Shown here piece after piece: positions 43,900-58,949 of a DNA stretch of 64,000 nucleotides. The notes beneath the pieces were generated by a model that did not search any database, was not told where the DNA came from, and saw nothing but the letters and a program-made list of their open reading frames with translations. How positions within the stretch are numbered: position 1 is the first letter of the stretch; every line of letters starts with the position of its first letter. Position numbers and translations under genes: made by a program. The DNA is taken from assembly GCF_009914755.1 (NCBI RefSeq), contig NC_060945.1. One strand, given 5' to 3'. Source of the stretch: the human T2T-CHM13v2.0 reference genome, Homo sapiens.

Positions 43900-45420
43900 T
43901 TTGTGGTTCCTCCAGGTGGGTTATAGCAAGATTTGAGAGTTGTACTCTTCATTTTCAAGTCCAAGTGGCTGCAGAAACATTTCAATAATTCCCCTGGAAA
44001 GGTAGCAAATCAGTTTCCTTTTTGATCTAAGACTCTTGTCACTTTAAGAAAAAAAATTTTCTCCAGGACCTTTCAGAGACTTGTTCATTTGTTCATGTGA
44101 TGAAAATCGTCTGCTAAATCGGCTAGTTTCTGTAGCTATTTTTCATTTCCAAAGCATTCAGCAAAAGCTGGCTATTTTCTTGTAAGTACTCTGGCAATTC
44201 ACCTTTCAACTCAAAAGTCCTGTAGAGAACTCTTCCTCTGAAAAGCCACTGGATATCTGTATGGTACAGGAGGTTTATGCGCTGTTTGTCCAGGTTTTTG
44301 TTTTGGGTGTTTTTATTTTTTTAACATTTTTGCATAAATGGGTCTTTGATACAGGTAACCAGTTTTGTAGCATTATTCAGAATGTCATTGTATCTTCAAG
44401 TTTTTGATATCAGCATCTCTGTGAAGAAAGCAGTGTGCTATAGCGTCAACATCAGGATTTCTTTCTTCTTTTTTTTAATGATGCAAAATGACTTATGGAG
44501 ACAACCACTGATGGGGCACCAGGAGTGTAGATAACAGACCTCTGGTTATCAGATATGATATCACAACATTGTATATTGGCCTTTGTTTTGGCAGGCTCCT
44601 AGCAATAGAAAAAGTTTTCTTTGAATTTCATCACTTACAAATCTTACAAATGCTACAGCATGACAAATATTAGTGAAACCCGTTGACTCATCATCCTGGA
44701 TAGAGAAGCTGCTGCTTTTCTCTTTTTTTGAGACGGAGTCTTGCTCTGTCATCAGGCTGGAGCACAGTGGCGTATCTCAGCTCACTGCAACCTCCGCCTC
44801 CTGGGTTCAAGCAGTTCTCCTGCCTCAGCCTCCCGAGTAGCTGCGACTACAGGCACACGCCACCACGCCCAGCTAATTTTTGTATTTTTAGTAGAGACAG
44901 GGTTTCACCATGTTGGCCAGGATGGTCTCCATCTCTTGACCTTGTGATCCTCCTGCCTCGGCCTCCCAAATTGCTGGGATTACAGGCGTGAGCCACTGCA
45001 CCCGGCCTGAAGTTGCTGCTCTTCAGTTAATGACACAAAACCTTTGTAGCATCGTATGAGATATCATCAGTAAATCAACTTACTGAGAATAAAGTCTTTT
45101 CAATTTTGTACTGCATCCTGCCCCAGCATTTTAATGTTATTAGATTCTCATCAACTATGCATATTTTTCTTTCCTGAGATAAGTTCTGCTAGTAAATAAT
45201 TTGCTTTCAAAACATTTTGACTAAACGTGATTTTTGAACAGAAGCCGTACTGTTTTGATGGTCCAAAAGCCAACTGAAGATAATGAATATCCTTTCTTGT
45301 CAAGTGCCTGTGATTTATAGTTACAATTTTTAGTTTTGTAAGTTGCATGCCACAGACAATGCACAGTGGGACAGGACAGCTTGGACTGAGTCCATATTAA
45401 ACCCTTAAGGAGCAGCTTTC
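43900..45420 (-). mobile_element. hAT/Charlie transposase fossil
   Basis: [24 protein letters not shown] and LKANYLLAELISGKKNMHS resemble Charlie/ZBED-type FSIQLDEST..LLVFVRY and ASYLVAELIAK..KPHT motifs. Confidence 0.7.
44721..45008 (-). mobile_element. AluSc
   Basis: Sc-type tgtcatcaggct and ggccaggatggtctc; TSD gaag(c/t)tgctgct(t/c)ttc. Confidence 0.85.
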
Positions 45421-45631
45421 ATTATAAAGACAGAATCTCTTTGTGTCCCTTGTTGTACTAGAATACTGAAGTATACTCAGAAGACCAAAATTCTTCATCA
45501 CCAACCTTTTCAGAAATGTCTGTAGCTCTGTGCCTAAAATGCCTCTCTTCTTTCTCACATCTTACCTTCCAAAATTGCAGCACTGAACTGTCAGCTTTGT
45601 TACACACAAATGTTAATATAATATAAAAACA

Positions 45632-46057
<426 letters not shown>

Positions 46058-46736
46058 TTACAACAAAGTGGCAGGGGGACAGCTGAGCTGTGGCATGTAA
46101 ACCTCCTTCCTTCAAATGAAAACTCCCCTCTGATTTCCTACTTTACAGTCAGTTCACTACAGTAAGTCAGCTGGCACCACATAAGAGGAGCCTGGGAGAG
46201 GCCAACGTCCCCCTCTCCTCCCATCCTCCCCTCTTTGCAATAGTGTGGCACATGGGTCTGCCTCTACATAATACCATAAGGGCTGAAAGTTCCCTAACAA
46301 AATGATTAACAGGGCTGTGCAATCATTGTTCACTACTGCGAGAATAGCATAATGCAGCACACAAATAAAAAACTGTTTTTAGTCACAATTTAAGGTGGAA
46401 CCCCAGCAACATCTCATAGAGACCCAGTTGAGAAACCCACCTCCAGCACGAAATGGCCTCCTATGACAGATCATTTTCATTTGATTTGGACCCTTCTGTG
46501 GCTTGACTTGCAAGTTCAGGTTTGGCTCCTCCCTCATTTATCACCTGCGGATTAGACGTTCTTTTCCGCCCTAGCTCTTCAGTATTCTCTGGTACCTGCT
46601 GGTTATTTTTCCCTTCTGCTGTATTGTTTTGATCTGATTTGTCAGCAGCTTCCAGTTTACCTTCCTTCCCATTTCTCTGCTTTGAATTAAGCTGTGATGG
46701 ACCCTTAGAGCTCTTTATCACCTCCTGGAGATTGAA

Positions 46737-47046
46737 TTTTTTTTTTTCCTTTTTTTTTTTCCTAATGCTCTGTTGCCAGGCTGGAGTGCAATGGCACCAT
46801 CTCACCATCTCAGCTCACTGCAACCTCCGCCTCCGGGTTCAAGCGATTCTCCTGCCTCAGCCTCCTCCTGAAGAGGTGGAACTACAGGCCCACACCACCA
46901 CCTCCAGCTAATTTTTGTATTTTTAGTGGAGATGGGGTTTCACCCTGTTGCCCAGGATGGTCTTGATCTCTTGGCCTCATGATCTGCCTGCCTCCTTGGC
47001 CTCCCGAAGTGCTGGGATTACAGGCATGAGCCTCCACGCCCAGTCG
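46737..47046 (-). mobile_element. AluS inserted in THUMPD1 pseudogene CDS remnant
   Basis: Interrupts the ...FRK / NLQEVIKS reading. Confidence 0.85.
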
Positions 47047-47206
47047 GAAACTATTTTCTAAACTACATGTAATCTTTCAGGACACTCAGGCAACATAATT
47101 TCTACTATCACCGTGTACTGTGGATTGCTGAGAGCCACTTTACTTTCTGAATTGAGGGTGCACACTATTCCTGCCAATTTTTTGATAACTTCTCTATTCA
47201 TGTGAC

Positions 47207-47765
47207 TGTGTCCGCAGTTGGTTCCTTTCAGTGGGTTCATAGTCTCACTGACTTAAAGAATGAAGACATGGACCTTCGCGGTAAGTGTTACAGCCCTTAA
47301 AGGTGGCACAGACCCAAAGAGTGAGCAGCAGCAAGATTTGTTGTGAAGTGCAAAAGAACAAAGCTTCCACAGCATGTAAGGGTACCAAGCAGGTTGCCGC
47401 TGCTGGTTGGGGGTGGCCAGCTTTTATTCCCTTATTTGTCCCCGCCCATGTCCTATTTCTGCCCTATCAGAATGCCCTTTTCTCAATCCTCCCTGTGATT
47501 GGTTACTTTTAGAATCCTGCTGATTTGTCCATTTTACAGAGGCTGATTGGTCCATTTTACAGAGCTCTGATTGGTCCATTTTACAAACCTCATGCTAGCT
47601 ACAGAGCACTGATTGATGCATTTTTACAGAGTGCTGATTGGTGCATTTTACAAACCTCTTGCTAGCTACAGAGCGCTGATTGGTGCATTTTACAATCCCC
47701 TTATAAGACAGAACAGTTCTCCAAGTCCCCACTCCACCAGGAAGTCCAGCTGGCTTCACCTCTCA
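47207..47765 (-). mobile_element. LTR12-family (HERV9) solo LTR
   Basis: Minus strand begins tgagaggtgaagccagctggacttcc; tandem CCAATCAG repeats; TG...CA termini; 4-bp TSD tgac (47203-06, 47766-69). Confidence 0.88.
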
Positions 47766-48960
47766 TGACTGCTATTTCAAGATTTGTACACAATCTGAAA
47801 TGTCCCTTTGTTTGGAGCTTTAAACCAGGGTTCCAAAAATGTTTCTGCATATTTTTTCATATCTTTTAAAAAAGCTTTGCATGTGCCTGAGATGGGTAAC
47901 ATTCGTAGAATAACTTGAGTCTTCTTGGTTTTGTACTCATCCTGGAGAATATGATGCACCAGTTTCTCAGGTTCTTTCCCAAGTGTCCTGATGAAGGCGA
48001 CGTTATTTGCTCCACTTTCCACTGACTGGAATCCTCTTAGGCTCATCTCTGTAGATGCCTCAATGTCACCAACTTCTTTCTTCAAGACAGCCTCCACATC
48101 ATCATCTTCTCCCTCACTTCCAGAGGGCTGCTGATCCTTGTCTGTAAACTTTTCTGGCCCATACATGTCATCGCCATATTCGTTGAGCAGGGTGTAAGCC
48201 TCCTCCACACACTTGGCGCTGGTTCATGTTGCAGGTGATGAGGATGCCCATAGCCCGGGCTCTGGCTGACTGGGCCCGCCAGATTCGCAGTGCCGAGCTC
48301 GCTTGACCAGCACATACTGAGCCTTGCCTCTGTGCTTCCCGCCGCCAGGCTGAGGAGGCTGCTGGGCAGCAGCCGCCATGATGTGTGCAAGCTGAGAGGA
48401 AAGAGAAACGTTTCTCCACTGCAGTTGGCGTCCTCACCTCCCGGCGAACTTCTCCACGGTTTACGGGTGTGAATAGAAGAAGTATGATGGCTTCAACATT
48501 TGGCATACATATGCCTTTTTACCTGCAGACCATGAGTAGTTTTGAATCACTTCAGTGTTTTTTGTCTTCTCACAGAGTCTTCATGGACACATCTTTCTCT
48601 TTCCGAAGAAACAAATTTCTTTTGAAATCCTGTTAGTGTTTCATGAAGGCATCTAGCTAGTGCAGCTTCCTGGACCAGAGTTATGTTTGTATGATCAAGA
48701 AATCTTAGGAAACTAAACAGGATCCGAAAGCAATTATGTTTTGTGTGGCGACCACCTTAGAGTTCAGTGTGGAAAAAAACATATATGTATATTAGGCGTG
48801 TGTATATACGTATGCAAAGCAAAGTGATGTATATTTGGCAAAAGACAAAACATTTGCCTTCTGGGCACTCCATACCATTTTGCGAATGCTAAATATCACC
48901 TAGGACATGAGGCTCATGGTTTGACACTCAGCATGAAAAAATATATATTAAGAAAATTTA

Positions 48961-49272
48961 GGCTGGGCGTGGTGGTTTACAACTGTAATATTAGCACTTT
49001 GGGAGATTGAGATGGGCGAGGCTAGAGGCAAGCAGTTCAAGACCAGCCTGGCCAACATGGCGAAACCCTGTCTCTACTAAAACTGCAAAAATGAGCTGGG
49101 TGTGGTAGTGCATGCCTGCAATCCCAACTACTTGGGAGGCTGAGGTAGGAGGATTACTTGAGCCCAGGAGACAAAAGGGTTCAGTGAGCTGAGATGGTGC
49201 CACTGCACTCTAGCCTGGGAGATAGAGCAAGACTTTGTCTCCAAAAAAAGAAAAGAAAAAGAAAAACAGAAA
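48961..49272 (+). mobile_element. AluJ
   Basis: Full Alu; approximate TSD agaaaattt. Confidence 0.85.
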
Positions 49273-51707
49273 ATTTGCACAAACTTTATAATTTCAATAA
49301 GTAAATAAGTGGCATAAATGATTATTAGTGGAAGGATTTCTCTTTAAATTACTTGGATCATCCCTCCCCCCACCCATCACCAGTTTTTTACTTTATTTTG
49401 TAGGGGCTGCCACGCTCATCTAGGGGCTGCATCTACTAATTGATGTAAGTATTGACCACTTGCGGTGTTTTAATGAAATAGTAACCTCTGAAAAGTTTCC
49501 CCACTTCCTGACAAATCCGTGTACACTTATCATTGTGGTATAAGTGTACCACATGCACCAGAATCTGGTGCATGTGTTTATCTCAAATCCAGGACTGTTT
49601 TTATGTTTACAGACCATGCACTGCAAGTCTAAGTGTTCTCAGGTAAAGCTGTCAAGGCAGGAGGCTGAGTGAGGACACACCAGCTTTACCTGCCTTGGGG
49701 CACTCCTGGGATTGATTGGTTTCCCCAGAGCCATAAAATTTTTTATTATTCTTCTGCATATATCAGGCCACGGAACTGTGTGGCCTTCTGGGACTTCTGC
49801 TGCTTGTAAAATGGCACAACATTTTTGTTGGCTGAAGTGCAGGGTGAGAATTGCTCATCACCCTTGCAGAGCAACTGGAGACCTCTTTTAGGGTCATTGG
49901 TTAACCTGCACCAGAGGGCAGTTAATGAGCCAATGAAGGAAATGCTAACATTAAATTAAATATGTGAAGAAGGATTCCTCCAGGCATCAGATGAGCTAGA
50001 TGGGGTAGGAACATTGAGAGTGAAAATCTGGGAAATAACCAAGTGCTTTGTTCTTTTCTAAGGCATGCAGAACTCATTACTGTTGATGGAAGCAAAAACA
50101 ACAAGGCTGAGTGCCTTGACTAAGTCAGAGGTTAGAAACCCTCTGGCTCAACTTTATTGGCCAATCTTCATTAGGTGAGCAAAGAAGCCTCTAAAGAGAA
50201 GAAGCTTGTTTGCCCTACTGGAAGAGCAGTCATTGCTTTTATAAATAATCAATACCACATATCTTTACATAGAGTTTCATCATACTTAAAATATTTCAGC
50301 TTCTTCCTGGTGTAGAAGTTATAGATGGATTAAAACCAAATGCTTAAAATTCACCCCCCAGAGAATAGGGAATTGGTCTTAGAAAATGGTAGTCTTTGAG
50401 CTGAGAGGTAAGTTGCATACTAGATATCTCTTACTGGAAAGTCCTACTGAATTCTTCTGACCTAAATGAGTACGATTGAGCCAATTGCAGTAGCAAAAAG
50501 AATTTCAGATGGTATAATGCAGCAATTATATATAAATCAGGCCTTGGAACTGACAGACCAGGTGCCAAATCCCTACTAATTTCAGTGTTATTTAACAGAG
50601 TAGAATTACAGTATATAGTTTAACAAAATAGTTGTACAGAGCTTTATTCAGTTCTTTTGGTTTTAAAGAATAGAGAGTCACCTGTTCCAACAATTAAAAG
50701 AATTTTAATGTATCAGTATGATATATATGTATAGATAAATGCACACACACACACATATATATATATTTGAGAAAGATCATCTCTTAGAAATCCAAGAACA
50801 GGATTTGTAATAGAATAATTTCTAGGGGAAGTGATTTGGAACCCAAGACAAGTCTGGGATCCTCAGAAGCAGAAGTCCATTAATTTCACTCTGAGTGCCC
50901 CATGTTAATGTGAAGACACTATGCATCTGTTGTCTTCTCTGTGCTCCCCTGTCCACCAAAGGGCTTGTGTTTTCTGTATTTCACAATTCAGGCTCTCGAA
51001 ACAGGCATTCTGGCCTGTTTGAGCACAGACTTATTGGCCAGGTCACATTTTAGCCCAACTGCTAGTTTATGGATTGGCTGGTGATGGGACAGACAGGCCT
51101 TTACTCCTAATCCAATTAAAGATGTTCATTAAGAAGGCTGCCCTTCATTGAGGGGAATGGGTGGACAACTTCCTTTTGCTAGGGTGTGACTGGCATAATG
51201 AATGATATGCCTGACAGTCCTTGAGAGTTGGTTATGGGTAAGTTAGTTCTGCATGCCATCTTACTTTCTGATTACACTTCTTCACAATCATTGGAACACA
51301 AGTGGAAAGAAGATAAAGATCCCCTTTATTTGAGAGCAAATCTTCTGAATATCCATTCAATGAAACTCAGATACCCTCTCTAGGTAAGACTTAACTTTGT
51401 AACCTATTCACCACAGAAATGTAAACATAAAAAAATTGTCCTATAGTTAAGTGACAGAGCAGAGTGAATCTTAAGCAGAAGGGTCAAGTAGGCAATGAGA
51501 TTTTTTTTGTCAGAGTCATTCTTTCTTTTCAAACCCAGAGCTATTTCATATACTAGCAAATTAAAGGCAGCTGTACTTTGGGAGGAAGAGGATGTGATTT
51601 AGTTGGCAGATAACCTTAAATCACACCTTTGCCCCATAGCCTATGGCCTTGGGTAAATAAATGAGCTTCTTTGAGCTTTAATCTCCTCAGTGTCAAATGT
51701 AACTATC

Positions 51708-52055
51708 TGCTATGGTCTGAATGTGTTCCCCCAAATTCATGTATTGAAAACTTAATCCCAAATGCAACAGTGCTGAAAGGTGAGTCCCTTTGGGAGGTGT
51801 TTAGGTCATGAGGGCTCTGCCTTTATAAATAGATTAATGCCATCAAACTAGGACTTGATGGAGGGAGTTAGTTTCTCTTGACCGTCTAACGTTCCCCATA
51901 TAAGGACACAGCAAAAAAGCCCTGCCAGACACCAAATGCTGGTGCCTTGATCTTGGATTCCCAGTCCCTAGAACTGTGAGAAAATAAAATTCTCTTCTTT
52001 ATAAATTACCCAGTTTCAGGTATTTTGTTGTACTAGAACAAAACAGACTAAGACA
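51708..52055 (+). mobile_element. MST/MLT1A MaLR LTR
   Basis: tgctatggtctgaatgtgt...acagactaagaca; TSD ctatc. Confidence 0.8.
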
Positions 52056-52399
52056 CTATCGTACAAAGTCGTTGTTCTAAACATTGTATGAAAGAGGTGG
52101 GTATATGATGGATAATTATTTCATAAGTACTTAAAAAAACAATGGAAGGGACACCTAAGAACTCTCATTTTACAGATGTGGGAACTGGGGCTTGAGAATT
52201 ATTTCCGTTGTTTAAGTTCAGTCAGCTTACTTAGTCAAAACTAGAACTCAGATCTCTTGACTTCCTAGGCCAGTGTTTTTTCAAGCTACCTCTAAGTTAT
52301 TCTACAATTCTAAAAACTTGCTCTTAAGACTATGGATGTAGGTAAAGTTATAGCTTCCAGTTGCCTACAATGAACTAGGGAAACTATTTTTATTATTAG

Positions 52400-53126
<727 letters not shown>

Positions 53127-53879
53127 ATTTGAGGAATGTGTTTTAATAGTAACCCAAGTCTTAAAGAAGTGAAACTCTTTAGCCAGGCACCCCTGAGCCT
53201 CCCTGGCCTCCCGCAGTCACCCTGGCCACATGGCTAACCTCCTGTAGCTCTAAGATCAAGGAGCCAATCCAAGGCTTCCAACTGGCAATCAAGCTCCAGA
53301 CTGAAAGGCCATGAAACACAAGTAACCTGAGCTCACCTGGCTGAGCATCATAGTCCAGAAATATTTTTCATGCCATGCACTTCTCCGCCACGCGAGCAAA
53401 GCGTGGCGCGGTGCAGTGGAAACTTTGTGTAATCCATCCTATTTTAAATTACCAAGGAGTTGAATTTTATGAAATATTAAAGGACTAGATTCTAGAAGAC
53501 CTTCATAGAATACAGATGGTTTGTTCACATAATTTTTTTCTTTGTGCAGGAGTGCAAGATTTTCCAAGCACGTCTTCCTTCTTCCACTTAGAATTCCTTC
53601 ACAGACTCTTGTTGTCTATTTTGTGTAAAGCACCATAGGAAATACAAAATGATATTTTATATGCTGTCTTTCCCCATAGAGCTTGTTTTCTGGTTGACAT
53701 ATGAATGGAGACTCCATGAGGTCTGGAACTTTGTCTGTTTTACCCACTGTTAGGATCTAGTGCCTAGAACAGCATCTTGCAGAGAAAAGGCACCCAAGGA
53801 ACATTTGTGGAATGCATAGATGAACATTAGTCATAACCAACAAACATTTATATGTCTAATATTTATTCCCCCCACCTCA

Positions 53880-54321
<442 letters not shown>

Positions 54322-56790
54322 TGCCCCCTAGTATTTTAAGTACAGTTGCTGCCTCATTTGATTCTCACAATTCCATGAGGTAGGAACTATTAATATTTCC
54401 ATTTTGAAGATGGGGAAACTGAGGCTTAGAAAGATTTAAGTAACTTTTCCAGTGTTCCCCAGTGGTGATCCTGGGATTTGTAGCAAAGTCAGCTGGCCCT
54501 GAAATCTGTTCTCTTGACCACTTTGTTCTGTTGCCTCTGCATACTAAGCTGTCTTCTCCCTCAGAGTAAAATACACTCTTTTCCTGTTTTTATAACCCAA
54601 ATCAAGAGGTGCTTATAATGGCCTCACATCTGTGATATAAACAACAACGGGCTGGAAAGTTTTGGAGAGTCTGAACCAGATGTGGGACTAACGCTGCCCT
54701 TGAGGGATAGGAAGGATTTGAACAGGTGAGAGGTAGAGCTCCTCTCACTTAGACTTCTGGGAGAAGATGGCTTGAAAATCCTCTCCATAATATTGTTATA
54801 TTATAATCTCATAAAATATTATAGTTATTGTCGTTCATCTTTAACCCAGCTTCATCATCTTAAACAGCTTGTGAGGGTGAGCATACAGACTTGTTCATAT
54901 TTCTACACAAGCTCAGCACATAGCATGGCACCTTCTCTTTGATTTGATTGAAATTGAATTATCATTGATGGTAAGCTGGATGGGCTTGGGAAAGTATTCT
55001 TGCCAAACCTTGAATTCCGATAAGCTTTTCTTTTTCATGTTTTTCTCCAGCCCTTCCTCTGCTTTTGAAGAAGTCCTAAAGAAAAAAAGAACACAACTCT
55101 TCATGTGAAATCATTTTTGACGTCTTTGGAGATTTCTCTAGGTTCTGGCCCAAGCCTGACTGTTGTTCTGTTCCACCTACATTCTTCCTACACTTGAGGG
55201 ATTTGAAAAAATGTACTTAATGATTTGGACTTATTTTAATTTTCTCTAACTTATTTATTTTCTCTGAGGTTAAGAACATTTTGTAAATTCACTAACCAAA
55301 GATATTTTGCACACGATGAAAGAGCTTTTAAAAAACATTGGATCGGAGTTAGCATATTTCCCCAAGGAAAGGAAATACACAAACTAGTCACATGATTGAT
55401 TGAAAAAAACAAAGCAAGAGAACTAAAATATCCTCCTGAACTAGTTCCTAAGGTACACTCTTTTTCCATTCTGACACAACAACTAGTCTGCACTGTTTGT
55501 TTTTTGAAGTGAAACTTTGGTGGGAAAATTTATAACCAAAATTTCTGTATATTTCACACTAACATTCTTTCTCTTGCCAGACATTTTGCTGTGAACTCAG
55601 GCATTTATCCCCATATGTTTTCCAGCCTGTTCAGGTGTTCATCTCTCTTGTTCTCAGTAAATACTAAATTTTCAAGTCAAGCTTCTGGAAAGGTAGTTTG
55701 GTCACCATGTTTTTGTAGAGAGTGATTATAATGCACATTTTCTTTCATTTGTTCATAATAATGAACACAAACCCCTGGTGTGAATTTCACTTTATTAGTA
55801 GAGTCTTTACAGTCTGAGGATCTGATATTAGTAAAGAAGTCAATTTTGAAAATGTTGGCTATCTGAAGAAGAGTGACAAATCATGAATGACCTAATTGAT
55901 ATTGACAAAGCTATTGAAATTGTTAAACTGACAGACCAAAATTGACAGATAGACCAAAATTGATAAATTGATAAACATATTTTTGAGCAGTGACTATATA
56001 TATGCAAAGCCAAACTTCCATTTGAAATTTGCTCTCTACTAAACAGAAGCAAAGATGTAGGGGCTTGGAGTAGGCACCTAGTTAGCGATATCATTCCTTA
56101 TTCCCGCCAGTAAATCACTGACAAGAATAAACTCTTCCCATCCGTTTCCTCTTTCTAACTTACTGTAACTGGGCAGTACTGTAACTGGACTGATCTCACA
56201 CCCAGATCAGTCAATTTTTATAACTGACATTTTCTAATGCATTCAGCTCCATTACCAGTGCCACCAACTATTACTTCTGATTTACTTTGGAATTAATTCA
56301 AACTTTTTTCTCCAGATTTCATCATGCTAAGAAACACTTCTCATGCCTGCAACACCTAGTATCTATTTCCGTAAGTCAAATTTAAAAATATTCATAGACT
56401 TATCTTTGCCCCAATGTCAGTAGCTGTCAGGGACTCAGGAGACTCTAAAGATTCATGAATAATAGTAGTAGAAGTAGCAATCGTAATAGTAAAAGTAGTA
56501 AAAATAGCAGAAATTATATTATTTACTGGATGCTTTCTACCCAGGCACTGTGCTAAGCACTTTATTTTCAGTTACGATTTCATTTTACAGAAGAAGAAAC
56601 CAAGGCTCAGAGAGGTGAAATAACCTTATACAGTCCAAGTGGTAGAGCCAGAAAATTCATTGTTTTTTAAAAGTTTAATAGAACTCACCAATGAAACCAT
56701 CTGGGTGGGCTTTTTTTGAGAGGGGAAGTTTTTGACTATAATTTCAATTTCCCACTTTTAGTTGAATAGTTTGAAATTTTTTCTCTGGGC

Positions 56791-57035
56791 TTATTTATTT
56801 TTGAGATGGAGTCTCACATGGTTGCCCAGGCTGTAGTGCAGTGGTGTGATCTTGGCTAACTGCAACCTCCACCTACCGGGGTCGGGCGATTCTCCTGCCT
56901 CTTTTTGTATTTTTAGTAGAGGCAGAGTTTTGTCGTGTTGACCAGGCTGGTCGTGAACTCCTGACCTTAGGTGATCCACTGGCCTCTTCCTCCCAAAGTG
57001 CTGGAATTACAGGCGTGAGCCACTATGCCTGGCCA
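56791..57035 (-). mobile_element. AluS with internal deletion
   Basis: Right arm shortened (tctcctgcctc joined directly to tttttgtattt). Confidence 0.8.
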
Positions 57036-57757
57036 TATTTATTTGCTTCTATTGAGTTCTTATATTTTCAATGCCCTTATTTCCCCTGAACTAAATAATT
57101 TAGTGGGCTTTATGTCACTTTGTTCTCTTTCCCACTGCTATCTCACATCTTTTGCTTATACTGATAGGCTTATCTTTGCCCCAATGTCAGTAGCTGTAGG
57201 GGCATATATTATCTTTATTTGGTAAGAAACTCACTGGTGAGTCCTACTAAACTTTTAAGAAACAGTGAATTTTCTGGCTCTACCACTTGGACGGTGTAAG
57301 GTTATTTCACCTCTCTGAGCCTTGGTTTCTCCTTCTGTCAAATGAAATTGTAACTGAAAATAAAGACAATATATGCCCCTATAGCTACTGCCGCTATAAT
57401 ATAAACGGACATGTATTATCTTTTTCTTTGTCTTGGTCCTAGCCCTTTAAAGATGACTTTCACATTGTTTGAAATGTCTATGCCCTTACTTATCTATTTT
57501 TGTCTGCTTGTTCCATCAGTTACAGAGAGAGGTGTGTTGAAGTCTCCCGCTATGATTGTGGATAATTCTATTTTTTTTAGCTGTTTCAATTTTTGCATCA
57601 TAGAATTCAAACTTATGCTAGTAGGTGACCAAATTTAGAATAATTATATCTTCCTGGTGAACTGAATTTTTATCATTGTGGAAATGTTCCTTTTTATCTT
57701 TAGTAAAGCTTTTTACCTGAACACCTATTTTGTCTGACATTAGTATAGGTACAGTAG

Positions 57758-58121
57758 GTGTCTGAGTCAGTTTGCTCTGCTATAACAAAGGACCATAGAC
57801 TGAGTGGCCTCTAAGCAACAGAAATTTACTCTTTATAGTTCTGGAGGCTGGAAGTCTGAGTTCAGGGTGCCAGCATGATTGGGTTGGAGTGAGGGCTCTC
57901 TTCCAGGTTACAGGCTACCATCTTCCCATTGTATCCTCACATGACAGAAAGAGAGCTGGAGAGCTCTCTTGGATCCCTTTATAAAGGCATGCATTCTATT
58001 CATGAGGATTCCACCTTGATGTGCTAAATTACCTACGAAAGATCCCACCTCCTAATACCATCACATTGGGGGCTAGGATTTCAACGTATGAATTTTGCAT
58101 GGACAAATTCAGTCCATAACA
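57758..58121 (-). mobile_element. MLT1A-like MaLR LTR
   Basis: tgtctgagtcagtttg...cagtccataaca; TSD tagg(t). Confidence 0.75.
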
Positions 58122-58949
58122 CTAGGTTTTTTTGGATTTATATTTAGCATATTTTAGCTTTTTCCATCATTTTACTTTCAGTCTTTAAAAAAATTAAGTT
58201 GTGTGTTATGAACTGAATGTATCCCTCCAAAATTCATACCCAGAAGCCCTAACACCTTCAATGTGTCTATATTTGGAGATGGGCCTCTAAGGAAGTAATT
58301 AAGCTTAAATGAGATCATAACCACTTACCTCCTAAAAGGTAAGAGCCAAAATAAATGACCATTTGATCTCAATTTCTATTTTTTTCAGAATATTCTACCC
58401 CTAAATGCAAATAAATTTACACAGAGCCCATTAATTTTATATGAAGTAGGTGTTATTCTTATTTTGATAATTACACAAAGATAAATGGGAGCTAGAAGCA
58501 ATTTTCAAAACAAAATAAGCAGGAGGGAAGACAGTTCTGTTTTCCCAGCCTCTGTTCCTGGTCTCTCATTTCTGGCTCAAGGACTACCACACTCTGGAGC
58601 CCTGAGAATCAGCTTTCTGGAGTTTTGGGGTATGCTGCGTGCTCCTGACAAGCTAATTGCATGGACAAGGAAAATGGGATAAAAGTTGGCAAAATGGGGA
58701 TTGGCTAAGGGAATAAATAATAGATAAAAGTGATAAAGGAGAGATAAAGGAAGGCAGTATGATGATGAGAAAGAGATCAGAAAGTAGTATTTTGTGGAAA
58801 GAAACATGTGATGACCCCACATAAAGTAGGCAGTATGCTCCATTAAAAACACCATCATATTAAATTCTGTTAAGAGGGCATTTCAGGAATATCAGGTTCT
58901 AGAATGATGAGAGGTACAAATGCTTTAACTCGTTTGCTTTATTGGTTAA

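Noticed and set aside
47490-47700. Repeated gctgattgg...ttttaca units as a novel array
   Set aside because: Standard internal CCAAT repeats of LTR12
47777-48208. 143-aa THUMP-domain ORF as functional retrogene
   Set aside because: GTG start, upstream frameshift, premature stop, then LTR12 and Alu insertions
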